In this document: positions 19,272 through 30,100 of the stretch, piece after piece
Position numbering within the stretch: position 1 is the stretch's first letter
Layout of the letters: each line of letters opens with the position of its first letter
Assembly (NCBI GenBank): GCA_007692585.1
Contig: REBU01000105.1
Span: forward strand, 197 to 64,196
Source of the DNA: Paracoccaceae bacterium
GTDB lineage: Bacteria; Pseudomonadota; Alphaproteobacteria; Rhodobacterales; Rhodobacteraceae
DNA: 64,000 nt
Direction: 5' to 3'
Program-made: the position numbers and the translations under genes
Notes under the pieces: model-generated
Told to the model about the DNA's origin: nothing
Databases searched by the model: none
The model's input: the letters and a program-made list of their open reading frames with translations, nothing else

Positions 19272-19624
19272 GCGGGCACCTCCACGACCAGCGTCTCGGC
19301 TGCGCCATCCGCAGCGCGGTAGCGCACCAGCACTTCCAGCAGCCCATCACCCGCCTGAACCACGACCTCGACGATCTGCGCCCTTGTCCCGAGGCTCTGT
19401 TGCAGTGCCGCATGTGCCATCGCTTCCAGCGCAGTGGCCAGCGCATCGCCACTGGGCGAAAAGACCAGCGCCCCGACCCCGGCGCCGAATTGCGGGCGCA
19501 TCACCCGCTCGCCGGGCGCGGTCAGCAGGATCTGCTCGATCAGATTGCGCAGATGGCGTCTGGGATCGGCGCGCGCGGTCTGGCCGGCATCATCAAAATC
19601 GAAAGGGAAGGTCATGTTTGTCAT
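19268..19624 (-). CDS. GPW/gp25-family baseplate wedge protein (Afp9-like)
   Basis: Start at MTNMTFPFDF (ATG 19622-19624, overlapping the PAAR-like stop). Carries the gp25 signature RRHLRNLIEQILLTAPGERVMRPQFGAGVGALVF. Confidence 0.85.
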   Translation of the reverse strand: MTNMTFPFDFDDAGQTARADPRRHLRNLIEQILLTAPGERVMRPQFGAGVGALVFSPSGDALATALEAMAHAALQQSLGTRAQIVEVVVQAGDGLLEVLVRYRAADGAAETLVVEVPA

Positions 19625-19956
19625 GTCGCGATCACCCTTGTCTGATTGACAGTGACACTCGCGGGGCCTTGCGGCGCCCGGGTGGCGGCCAGCGCCAGAC
19701 TGGGCGAGGTCTGCAGCAAAACCGGTTGCCCGTTCACCAGCACACGCGCCGCAGGCATCAGCCACTGCACCGTGACACAGGGGCTGGGCGTAGGCCCGGG
19801 CAACTGAAAGGCGCAGCCCGCCACCACAGAGCTGTCCGCCAGCGTCGCGGCAGGCATCCCGCTGACCAGCACACGCGTATTGGACGAAATCGTGGTGACC
19901 TGGCCCCCATGCGGGCACATGGCGGTGGCTCCGACGTGGTAGATGGGTCCGGGCAT
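19621..19956 (-). CDS. PAAR-like spike-tip protein (Afp10-like)
   Basis: 111 aa. MPGPIYHVGATAMCPHGGQV...VSGMPAATLAD...VNGQPVLL. Identified by small size, position just after the spike gene and a PAAR/DUF4280-like repeat pattern. Confidence 0.6.
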   Translation of the reverse strand: MPGPIYHVGATAMCPHGGQVTTISSNTRVLVSGMPAATLADSSVVAGCAFQLPGPTPSPCVTVQWLMPAARVLVNGQPVLLQTSPSLALAATRAPQGPASVTVNQTRVIAT

Positions 19957-19986
19957 GGCGATGGTTCTCCTTGGCGGGTTGCGGGG

Positions 19987-20508
19987 TCAGGTCACGACCA
20001 GCGCGCCTGCATTCACGGTCACGGTGGGTCCGGTCAGGGTGATGATCGCGCCCTTGCCGTTTGAGAGGGTGATGCCGACATCATTGATCGAAATGAGCGC
20101 GCCGGTCAGCGTCTTGAGCAGAATGCCCCCGGTCGGCCCAGGCGTATCCGACAGCATCAGCGTGGTCTGCCCCTGCGTCTGCAGCACGACATTCGGCGCA
20201 ACAGGCGCGGCCGCAAGCGCCAGCGCCGGGGGCTCGGCGGCGCTGCCATACCATCCGCCCACCCAGATCGGATAATCGGGATCGCCCTGTTCAAACTCCA
20301 CCCAGACGCCGGCCCCGATCTGCGGCAAGGCCCACATCCCCATCTGTATGCCCGTAAAGGGAAAGCAGGGCATCGCCCAGGTCGTGGGCAACAGCCCGTC
20401 CACATCGGGCACCTGACACAGCAGACGCCCTTTCTGCAGCGGATCAACGTTGTTTATGACATTGCCGCGATACTTGCCGAAAAATCTCCGATCTTCGCCT
20501 TCGCTCAT
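19987..20508 (-). CDS. gp5/gpV-type baseplate spike (OB-fold; Afp8 C-terminal equivalent)
   Basis: FFGKYRGNVINNVDPLQKGRLLCQVPDV...WAMPCFPFTG...GAGVWVEFEQGDPDYPIWVGGWY is the canonical Phage_base_V / Gp5 OB signature. Confidence 0.85.
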   Translation of the reverse strand: MSEGEDRRFFGKYRGNVINNVDPLQKGRLLCQVPDVDGLLPTTWAMPCFPFTGIQMGMWALPQIGAGVWVEFEQGDPDYPIWVGGWYGSAAEPPALALAAAPVAPNVVLQTQGQTTLMLSDTPGPTGGILLKTLTGALISINDVGITLSNGKGAIITLTGPTVTVNAGALVVT

Positions 20509-21653
20509 ACCGAAACCTCTTGGGTAAAAGATTCAACTGCATTGCGCGTCAACCGAAAGCTCTGCTTGAAACTGCCGCGCTGCAGCGTGGACGTGACTGA
20601 TTTGACGTAATAGGTGCCATCATGGGTCGGACCGCTGCCGCGCACTCCGACCAGGCCACGCGGGGCGAGAAGCCCGCCGTAACGCGCAACATCCAGACTG
20701 CCCGAGGCCGAGATCACATCCGCCCGCTCGGCAGCCCGCGCCATCCCGCGCATGGCCGCAGACAGGGCGTCGAATTTTGCCGTGCTGTCATCATCGCCTT
20801 GCGGCGCCAGGTTGCTCAGCAATGTGTAGCTCAGCGGCACCGGTGGTTTGCGGCCAAGCGGCGGATTGAGCGGGCCGATATCAGGCACGGGGATCGGGAT
20901 CGGCAGTTTTGAATTCTCTTCCTGATAGTAGAACACAAAAACCGACTTGCGCATCCCGTCAAACGAGATGTTGAGCGCGTCCACATTGCTGGCGCCGTCA
21001 ATATTCACACTCAGCGCAGGCTGGACCCGCCCGACCTTGATCTGCGGCCCCCAATAGGCAAAAGCCATGCCCGCGACCGGCCCCGGCTCGATGTAGAAGA
21101 CATAGCCGACCTGCGCGGCCAAGCGCCGGGCATAGGCCAGATCGGTGCCGCGTTGCTTGGGAATACGGTTCAGTGGGTTGGGCTGGGCGACAAGGACCGA
21201 GGGAACGACCTTGGGGATCAGACCATACATCGCGTATTTCGCGACCATCACGGCCACCCGGGCGGACGGCGGCATGGGCCAGGGGAAGCCTGAAAAGTCG
21301 ATCAGATCCATCACTTTCGACAGATCCGATCCGGTAATGGTCAGCGTGCTGGCCCCGGGATCGGAACTGGCGGCCAGCTCTGAAGTCGTGATCACCCCGT
21401 CCATCAGCACAGTGTCCTGCCCGTTCATGCCGACGACCAGAACAACCCTGCGGGGGGCGTCGAAAAAGCCCGCGGTCAGGTAGTCCATCAGCACAGGACC
21501 GCTCCGCGCGGCATGGAAGACGAGCTGAAAACCGCTCTGGCCGATATCGTTTTGCGTCACCTGCACACTGATCAGGGCATCAATCAGCTCTCTGGGGGCC
21601 GGTTCAGGCCGCACCGGCCCGATCAGCAGTTTCAGCGTGATCCCCTCGATCAT
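20505..21653 (-). CDS. phage late control gpD / gp27-like baseplate hub (Afp8 N-terminal equivalent)
   Basis: 382 aa. Carries QRGTDLAYARRLAAQVGYVFYIEPGP (the gpD/VgrG-type motif) and lies directly upstream of the spike gene. Confidence 0.7.
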   Translation of the reverse strand: MIEGITLKLLIGPVRPEPAPRELIDALISVQVTQNDIGQSGFQLVFHAARSGPVLMDYLTAGFFDAPRRVVLVVGMNGQDTVLMDGVITTSELAASSDPGASTLTITGSDLSKVMDLIDFSGFPWPMPPSARVAVMVAKYAMYGLIPKVVPSVLVAQPNPLNRIPKQRGTDLAYARRLAAQVGYVFYIEPGPVAGMAFAYWGPQIKVGRVQPALSVNIDGASNVDALNISFDGMRKSVFVFYYQEENSKLPIPIPVPDIGPLNPPLGRKPPVPLSYTLLSNLAPQGDDDSTAKFDALSAAMRGMARAAERADVISASGSLDVARYGGLLAPRGLVGVRGSGPTHDGTYYVKSVTSTLQRGSFKQSFRLTRNAVESFTQEVSV

Positions 21654-22018
21654 ACGCCGCCCCCCTCGGGATCCGGGCCGGTTTCCGGCGCGGGGTCCGG
21701 CTCAGGTTCTGGCACCGGCGGGGGCGGCTCTGCCGCGATCCGCAATCGGCGGCCCAGCGTTGCGGTCAGCTCTGTGGGGTCGAAGGCGCGGTTGGTATCG
21801 GCGATCCGCCACCAGAACGCAGCCGTGCCCAGCGTCGCAGCCGCGATCCGGTCGATCCTGTCGCCCTCGCTGACCCGGTGCGCGCCGATCTCGGGGGCGA
21901 CGGGCTCGGGGATGAACCGGCGGCGCAGATAGCGCACCATCACCCCGTCAGGCCCCGCCCGTTGGGTGATGGCGATGCCTGAATAGCGGCTTGTCTGATC
22001 GAACTTGTCTGCGCTCAT
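21650..22018 (-). CDS. LysM-like baseplate protein
   Basis: HRVSEGDRIDRIAAATLGTAAFWWRIADTNRAFDPTELTATLGRRLRI fits the LysM-like module seen fused to Afp7-type proteins. Ends in a Pro-rich tail. Confidence 0.6.
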   Translation of the reverse strand: MSADKFDQTSRYSGIAITQRAGPDGVMVRYLRRRFIPEPVAPEIGAHRVSEGDRIDRIAAATLGTAAFWWRIADTNRAFDPTELTATLGRRLRIAAEPPPPVPEPEPDPAPETGPDPEGGGV

Positions 22019-22031
22019 CTGTGCCCCCTGA

Positions 22032-22682
22032 TCATCCCAGACTATCCGCGCCCAGCGCCGCCAGACCGCCGGTCGTACCGCGTGCGGAAAGCGTCTCTTT
22101 CAGCCGGTGTTGCACCATGCTCAGACTGCCCCCGCGCGAGGCGAAAGGCAGATCGTTGACGCTGAGCGCGCGCATACCCAGCGTGATCCGCGCCCGGATC
22201 GGATTGAGCGCGGGATCAAACATTTCTTCCACCACCGAAAAGTCGGTGATCCGCACTGGCAGGATCCGCTTCGCCCCCCAGACGAACAACACCAGCGGCG
22301 CGACCACAGGCAGCACCTCGATCATGCCGCGCGCGGCAAGCGCGTCTTGCGCGGCCAGACTGTCGGCACTCGGATACAGGATCGTCTCCAGCGCGGCGAT
22401 ATCGCCTGCGACCCCGATCTCGCCGGAGGTGGCATTGCCCGCAGCCAGCCCGTCACTGGCATCGAGGACGGCCTCGAGATTGATCGTCTCGACCGGCGGG
22501 CCGGACAGGCGCAGCGCTTCCAGACGATCCCCGTCCTCGCCCGCGCCGCGCATCGAGACCGAGCGGTTCAGCATCTCGGGGTTGTACTGCAACGCAATCG
22601 CGCGGATCACCGACCCGCTGTCGCGCTCCATCAGGACAAGACCCCCCTTCAGCACGCGGGGCGAGCGGCTGTAACCTGTCAT
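22032..22682 (-). CDS. tube-initiator / CIS tube-like protein (Afp7-like N-terminal domain)
   Basis: IALQYNPEMLNRSV...INLEAVLDASD...APLVLFVWGAKRILPVRITDFSVVEEMFDPALNPIRARITLGMRAL is the pattern of contractile-injection tube N-terminal domain proteins. Confidence 0.7.
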   Translation of the reverse strand: MTGYSRSPRVLKGGLVLMERDSGSVIRAIALQYNPEMLNRSVSMRGAGEDGDRLEALRLSGPPVETINLEAVLDASDGLAAGNATSGEIGVAGDIAALETILYPSADSLAAQDALAARGMIEVLPVVAPLVLFVWGAKRILPVRITDFSVVEEMFDPALNPIRARITLGMRALSVNDLPFASRGGSLSMVQHRLKETLSARGTTGGLAALGADSLG

Positions 22683-22685
22683 CTG

Positions 22686-24107
22686 TCAGTTTCCGATCAT
22701 GTCGCGGACCCTTTCATAGATCCAGAGCATCCGTTTCTCGTCTATGATGGTAAGTGTGGGGGGCGGCTCGGTGCCGAACCTGCGGTCAAAAAGCTCAAAC
22801 CTGTAGGGATGTGCATTTGACAGATAGGTTCCCACCATGATGTCGGTGCCGAATTGCGCGGCTAAGGCCGCACGCTCGGGCGAGAGGCCCAGTTGCAGGT
22901 ATTTCAGGCCCCAGAGGTTGAAATGCCCTGTAATGGCGTCATGGTCGCGCAGGTCGAACTGAACCCCGCGCGCGGCGGCCTCGCGTGCGACTGAACCCCA
23001 GTCATAGGTGGCGTCAAAGCGGTTCGGCGGCTGCGTCCAGAGATTCGGCGCAGGCGCAGGCCGCCGCGGTCCGGGCGGATCCGTCACAGCAGGGTCAAGC
23101 CTCTGGAGTGCCAGATCGAGGCCAAGCGCGGCAGGCGTGGTCGCAGACAGGAACGGCAGCTGCGGATCAGACGCACCGGGCGGCCGAAGCTGCAACGTGC
23201 CCGGCGCAAAGAAACTGTAGGTCTGCCGGCGGGGGAACAGCGAAAACGGACCGGGCATGGACAGGAAACTGCCATCCTCCGGCGTGATCAGATCGACGCC
23301 CGCGCGCCGATTATGGGGCGGCTCGCCGAAACTGTCGGTTTCACCATGCGCGTGCAGAAAAAAGCGCGTCCCGGCAGGCAGAAGCGGCAGCAACGCATCG
23401 CGCACCGCCACTGCCCTGTGCGCCGACAGGTTGCGGTTATACTCGGCAGGGCCTTCCTGGCTGGCATAGCCATGGATCATCACCACCAATTCACCAGCCT
23501 GCCCCTCGGCCATGGCGGCAAGGGCCGCGCGGCCCTGCGGCGTCAGCGTCGCGCTGTCATGCGCGAACAGGGTGTGATGATCCTCACTTCCCGGCGTGTC
23601 CATCGTCTCGAACGGCGCGTCCGGGGGGCGGCGACCGATGCCGGTCTGTGGCGCGTCCTCCTCGTCGCATTGGGTCAGGGTCGCGCCGCCGGGGAGGGCT
23701 TGCTGGACCGTATGGGCGATCTCATGGCGCATCCGGTGGGCGGCTTCCGGCGTCTCGGCTCGGGCATCTGCCGGGGTCATCGCGATGTCATGGCCCTGCG
23801 CCAGTGCCCGCGCACCGCGCGCATCCAGCGCCGCGCGCGCGGGCGCGTCGTCATGCAGGCGGACCCGGCTCAGATCCGCGCCAAGCCGCGCTTCCTCGGA
23901 TCGGCGCAGCGCGTCAGGCAACGGACGACCGAAGCCCGGAAGCGATGCTGCGCGCGGGCCATGGGGCGCGGGGCCAAGCCATGGGTCTGAGCTCTGCCGG
24001 GACGCTGCGCCCTCAGCCTCTGCCTCGGCGCGCATCCGCAGGGCGTGACGTGGCGGGACAAATCCGCTCCGGAGGTCTTGGGATATGGCAGGACGCTCTC
24101 TCATCAC
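22686..24107 (-). CDS. DUF4157 (eCIS core domain) + OmpA-like peptidoglycan-binding domain + unknown C-terminal domain; cargo, effector or anchor candidate
   Basis: The DUF4157 signature is GRPLPDALRRSEEARLGADLSRVRLHDD...HEIAHTVQQ, with HEIAH encoded at 23712-23726. The OmpA_C-like part is FAHDSATLTPQGRAALA...IHGYASQEGPAEYNRNLSAHRAVAVRDALL...NRRAGVDLI (about 23286-23576). I do not recognise the last ~190 aa. The start could be GTG 24107 or ATG 24104. Confidence 0.7.
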   Translation of the reverse strand: MMRERPAISQDLRSGFVPPRHALRMRAEAEAEGAASRQSSDPWLGPAPHGPRAASLPGFGRPLPDALRRSEEARLGADLSRVRLHDDAPARAALDARGARALAQGHDIAMTPADARAETPEAAHRMRHEIAHTVQQALPGGATLTQCDEEDAPQTGIGRRPPDAPFETMDTPGSEDHHTLFAHDSATLTPQGRAALAAMAEGQAGELVVMIHGYASQEGPAEYNRNLSAHRAVAVRDALLPLLPAGTRFFLHAHGETDSFGEPPHNRRAGVDLITPEDGSFLSMPGPFSLFPRRQTYSFFAPGTLQLRPPGASDPQLPFLSATTPAALGLDLALQRLDPAVTDPPGPRRPAPAPNLWTQPPNRFDATYDWGSVAREAAARGVQFDLRDHDAITGHFNLWGLKYLQLGLSPERAALAAQFGTDIMVGTYLSNAHPYRFELFDRRFGTEPPPTLTIIDEKRMLWIYERVRDMIGN

Positions 24108-27100
24108 TCAAAGCCCCGACAGGTTCAGGTTGGTCAGCCGCGCACCACGAACCCCGGCCGTCAGCCGCTCTGGCGTGAACGCCTGGAAAAATAGCTGCAC
24201 ATCGTGAAACCCTGTCAGATGCAGGGCCGCAGTTTCAGCCGTGACGCCGCCGAATGTCAGCGGACCGTTCGGACCGACCTCGATGCCGACAGTCCCGATG
24301 GCGAAAGTCAATTGCGAATTGGCGGCCGTCGGGTTGTTGATCAGGTCGCCGGTGAAATCCAGATCGATCGCGCGGCCCGGACTGCCGCCATTCACGACGA
24401 TACTGCCCGCTGCGCCAAGGTCGATAGGGGTCTGCGCAAGGGTAAAGTCGCCGACGATATTGCGCAGTGAAACAGGCGGTGGATCAGACGGCCCGGATGC
24501 GCTGTCATCGGAGTCGGAGTCGGACTCGGGCAAGCGCCGTCCCAGCGTTTCCAGCGTCGCTTCGCGGTTGGTGCCCGCACGTTCCCGCTCGGTCGCGTCC
24601 AGCTCCTCCCAGGCGAAGACTCCGAGTCTATAGGCAGGATTACGGCCATAAAAAGGGTTACGCCTGAGCTGTCCGATAAGTTTTCCATAATTCAGCTGGA
24701 CGACCAGCCGGTCGCCCTGAACATCGAAGACAATATACTCGCCCGCGCTGACGGTGCTGAGGATCTGATCGAAATTCACCGCCCCATTCGTCACCCGGAC
24801 CATGATGCTCTCCGTGAAGTGCAAAGGCGCATAATTGACGTCGAAATTCAGCGTGCCGTTGAGCGCGCGCAGGAAATCGAGGTTCTGCTGCGGCGCGTTC
24901 GGATCGTTTTCGCCGCTGACCAGCGCGCGAACATCTGCGATCTCGATGCGGGCTTCGGTCACGATCAGTTCCGGGATGTTCAGGCGGCCCGCCACCGGGG
25001 TGAATGTGACTGCGCGCGCCCCGCCCGCGCCGGGCAGGCTCGCGCTTTCAATATGCAGCTTGATGCCTTTGTCGGGCATCTCATAAGTCAGCCCCGACAG
25101 AACACCGCTGTCCAGCGTGACCGTCCCATCGCGATTGCGCGACAGGACATTGAGCCCGATACCCGCATTCGGAGCGCCGAAGCCTGCGGCCCCTGCCTCG
25201 GTCAAATCGAAAACATGCTCGCCAGCCTCTCCTGCGGTCCCGATGATGTTGGTTGCGGTCAGCCCTTGCAGGCTGAAGGCCATCCCCTGCGCCGCCAGAA
25301 AATCAAAGGTCAGCCCCGAAAGCTGAAGATCCGCCGTCGCGTTCAACATCCCCGTGATGTCCAGCGCAAGATCGTCGCCGGTGATCGTATCGATCTGCAC
25401 CAGACCAGTCGGCAGCCAGCTCTCGGGGTTGCTTGGGTCGGGCGTGATGCGAAACGCGGTCTCGGCAGGCTGCGGCTGCAACCTGAGATTCGACATGATC
25501 ACCGTCTCCGTCTCGGGCGCGCGCACGATCAGGTCGCGCGGCGTCGTTCCCTGCGCCGGATCACCCAGCGCCTTGTAGAGTGTCAGCGTGATCCCGCGCA
25601 TCGTGGTTGTGGGCACTTCGAGCCCGTGGATCTCGACCGCCCCGACAGGCTGCGCGGCATTGTCCGGGTCAAGGGCGAATTCGACATGCGCTGTGGTGCC
25701 GGTCAGCACCACCCGACCGCCCGTTTCGGGCACATCTATGCGCATCTGCTCGCTGGTGAACAGCAGCCGGTCCAGCGTGATCGTGGGGATTGTCAGATTT
25801 GGGACGATGATCCGGTCGCGGGTGCGGACTGCGCCCTGGACTGCCAGATCGCGCACAGAGACATCGACGGTGAGGCTGTCATTGATCTGACCGGCAACAC
25901 GGGCGTCCAGATCGGCGAGGTCCAACTGCTGGGTGCCATCGCGCAAAAAGGCAAGCTCCAGACCCGCCGCATCCACCAGCACGCCCAGGTTCATGTCATC
26001 CTCGATCAGACCAAAGGCCGCATGGGCGCTGGCCAGTCCGATCGTGCCGGCATCGCTCTGCCCGCCGGCCGCAACCCCGCCGCGCGCGGACCAGGCAAGG
26101 TTGCGCACGGCCAGTCCGACAATCTGCAAGGGCGGGGGCAGCGGCGTGCCCAGCAGGATCGCATCCTGCACCAGCTGCGGGTCTTGCCGGATGACGATCT
26201 CTCGCGACCCATCGCGGATCGTGATGTCCTCGCCGTCGATCTCGCGCACGCGCAGCGTCTCGATCTGCAACCGCGGATTGCCCTCCTCGCCGGTATCGAC
26301 ACTTGCATCGACGGTTATTCCGCGCAAATTCAACGGGCGCGCGCTGAAGATTTCGCGGGCTCCCGCGCGGAAATGGAAACGCGACAGTTGCGCGCTTGCA
26401 ATGCCAACCCCGACAAGCCGGGTTTCATCCCCCTGTCTCTCGATCCGGCCAGTGATCATGCCACTTGCGAAATCCACCTCGCCCTGCGGCATCCGCGCCG
26501 TTCCCGCACTCAGCCGCAGCCCCCCTTCGCGCGCGCGGCGGCCATCCGCCAGCTCTACGGCATGACCGAGTTCGATGATCTGTCCGCCATTCTCGACGAA
26601 GGCGATCGAGAGATGGGCACCCGTCAGCTGCGCCGAGCCGAAGTCAAGCACATCCTCCATCATCGCAAGACCGCGCACATTGTCGATCTGGTCAAGCTGC
26701 ACCTGACCCAACAGGACCGGAGCCGCTCTCTCGCCCGGTGGGAAGGCGATGGACAGCCCGGACGCGTCGATCCCCAGAAGCGCGCCCCCGTCGATCTCGA
26801 AAATGCTGCTCTGGTAGCGGCCTTGTGCATCGGGGGCGAGCGGATCCGGCGCGTTATGGGTGCTTGCGAAACCCAGATAGCCTGCTTCCAGCCGCTCGAT
26901 GCGGAATTGGCCCAGCTCGGCCCGGATCATGCGGTATTGGGTCGGATCTTCGGCTGTCTGCTCGAAATGCAGATCGGCCGTGACGGCAATGCCCGTGGCT
27001 GTCGTGGCACCATTCGAGTAGATTTGACTGATGCGGATGCCGCCATGTTCGGCGGCTGGCACATCTTCCCGGCTGGTCATGACGAACCGGTCCAGAAACA

Positions 27101-30100
27101 GCCGCTCGATGGTCAACCTGTCGATTGCGATATGGGTGTTCGAGACCATGAAACGGCCCGACATCTCATCTGCCTCGATCTGCCCGGCCTCCGTTGCGCC
27201 GAAGCGGGCATCGCTGAGCGAGAGGCGGCGCAAAAGGCGCCGTCCGTCCGCACCGCCCGTCCCTTCGATGGTAACCCCCCGGTCCCGCGCAGCGCCCATG
27301 TCAAAACCGCTCTCGCCCAGAGGGCCAAGCCCGGTGATCCGAACCGCCAGATCTTCGACCACCCCGGACCGTGCGGCAAAACGCTTCTCCCACAGCAGAT
27401 ACAGGCTGATCACATCGGCGCGCTGCGCCACCAACCGCGCGCGCGCATCGCCCTCGGCCAGACCGATCTCTGCATCGAGCCGCGCCAGAAGCCGCTCGAA
27501 GCCGTCGATCACGTCCAGAGCCTCGCGCAAGGCCGCGATTGCGGCGGTATCTGTGGCGGTGCGCTGGTCAACGGGCTTGGCCATCGCCGCTGCAATCTGG
27601 GCGTCCACCCAGGCCCGGCTGGCCCGACCGTGCAGCCCGTCCACGCCAAGGGTCGCGGCCTGCGCATCCAGCCTGCCCGCGCGGGTGTCGAGGGCGATCT
27701 CGAACCCCTCTGCCCCGACCCGGTCCGCGCTCAGCGCCATGTCCTGATGCAAGAGATCCGTCACCGACAGTTGCGCCCCCGACAGACCAACCCGCGCCAG
27801 ACGCGCCTCGAGATCGGCGAACCCTCGCAACCCGTCGGCCACACCGAGCGACAAGGTGACATTGCGGCCCTCGGCGCTGCCAAGGCTGAACGCACCGGCA
27901 CGGATCGCGGCCCCCTGCGCGCCGCTTTGCGCCGGATCGCCGGTCGCCTGAAACGCTTGCGCCGCAAGGATCAAGCTGCCAGCTTCGGCCGAGAACCCAA
28001 GCTGGGCACCTTCGACTTGCAGATGGTGCAGGTAGACGGCCTCGCTGGCCAGAAGCTGGGTGCGCAGCCGCGCCAGTTCGTCCGCCTCCGCGCGCGGCAG
28101 ATGCGTCACCCCGGCCCGGGCGAGTTCCAGATAGCGCTCGGTGGCCGCCAGACGCTCTTGCGCAGCGGCTTTGGCCGCGACAAGCTGCGGGTCCCAACTG
28201 CGCTCCTCCAGCGCTGCGCGCGCGCGCTCCAGAGCGGCCTGCGTATCTGAAAGCTTGGGGATCGCGCCCCGGATCGTCACCTCCTCGAGCGTGAAATCCG
28301 GCAGGTCCAGCCGGAACTCGGCCGGATCGCGCCGCAATGCGGGGGCGGTGGCATTGCGATGTGCGGGCCCCTGCACAATCCGGCCCAGCGCTTCACTATC
28401 GATCAGAAACGCCAGGAGACCCGCAGAGCCGGCACCGCGCCCATGCAGATCGGTCAAGGTCGGCAGATGGCCATTGATCGCGCCTGACAGCCCGGTGACA
28501 ACCAGCGCGCCTGCGTCCAGCGTCATGCCCCCTTGCGCATAAGGGGCCAGAACTTCCTGCGCCGCGGCAAGGCGGGCTTGATCCGCTGGCAACAGATCGT
28601 CCAGCGCGCCCAGTTGCGCGACCACAGCGCGCGCGTCAAGGATCTGCCGCGAGAGGTCTGTCAGCGCCGCCACACGCTGCGCCAGATCTGCGACCCGCGT
28701 CTCCAAGGCCGCGCGTTGGGGTCCATCCGGCAGGCGCTGCGCCGCGACCATCAGCCGGACCTTCTGCCCAACATTGGCATCCATGCTCTCAAACAGGATC
28801 TTCAGGTAATCATCCACTGTGCCCGCAATTCCCAGACGCACATTCTCCAGGCTCGCCTCGGCCACATGCTGCCCGCTGGACATAGTGAGCCCGGTCAGCT
28901 TCAACGTGTCGAAACTGACCACAAGTGGCGACGGCACCTGCGGAGTGGTCAGGCCATCGGTGATCTCCTCCACCCGGCCGCCCATGGTGACCATGAAGCC
29001 CAGCGGACGCAGCAACCAACTGAACGGCGCCGTCAGCACCGCGCCCACCCTCGCGCCCGTATCCGCCGCGCGCATCTCGCCCGACAGCGCTTCGCGGCCA
29101 AGGCGGATGTTCAGCCCCGTGACCTCGATGCGGTTGATCGCCGTCATCGCGTCGCGCTGGATCAGCAGAGTGTCGGTCAGATCCAGACGGCCGATGCTGA
29201 GCACCATATTTGTGGGCCGGTGGCCTTCGCGCGTCCCGATATTGAGGCTCATTGCAAGGGTCTCGACCATGCCGCCCTCTGCCGCAAACAGCAGGTCGCC
29301 CATCGCATAGCGCACCCGGGCGAGATCCAGCGCGCGGGCTTCCAGCTCCAGCACGCCCCGACGCCGGTCCCAATAGGCGCGGTCGATGTAATTCACACCG
29401 CGCTCCGCCGCGCGCGCGGCCACCAGCGCATCGCGCCGTTCCTGGCTCAGGGATGGGTCGGTGCCTTCCGCCAGCCGGAACCCCATGATGGAGCCGCCCA
29501 TCAGGTTTTGCAGCGATACGCCGTCAATTCCCTGTCCGCCGACGCTGCGCCCGAACATCACATTGCCGACCAGCGCCGCGCCTTCGCGGCTATGATAAAG
29601 CAGGCTGATCAGATCGCCGAAGGCCTCGAACGCTCCCGCAATCCCGGAGCCGAAGCCGTTATATTGCCAGGACGTGGCCTCGGGCGACCATGAGACGCGC
29701 CGCGTGCCATCAGGGCGCTCCGAATTGAACAACATCAGCGGCGTGACGATGGCCGCCACGAAGTCGGGGTCCATGTAGCGTTCCGGGTCCAGATCATGGA
29801 CTTCGCGGCTGCGCAGGAACACCCACTCCCCCTCGCCCGCGGCAACCGCCATACGGATCAGCCCACGCAACCGACCTGCCGTCGCCACCCGCCAGAGCGC
29901 ATCGTCCAGAAGCTGCGCCTGGATCGAGGCCAGATCCGTGCGTCCCTCGCCGCCGCGGTAGAAATTCATCCCCAGCTCTTCGCGCATCTCGGCCGATAGC
30001 GCGCCCGAGATCTTTTGCGCGATCGCATCGCCGTTTTCTGCCAGAAGGGCCGCGCGCATGGCATCGGGCAGGGTCTTGATCAGGTGCCAGGCAAGAAAGG

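Noticed and set aside
24819-28250. 1143-aa plus-strand ORF, plus several other long plus-strand ORFs, inside the giant gene region
   Set aside because: It lies antisense to a 2470-aa ORF that has a clear DUF4157 signature and translational coupling. Its translation is Arg/Gly/Ala/Pro/His-rich with no motifs. This is the typical open antisense frame of high-G+C DNA.
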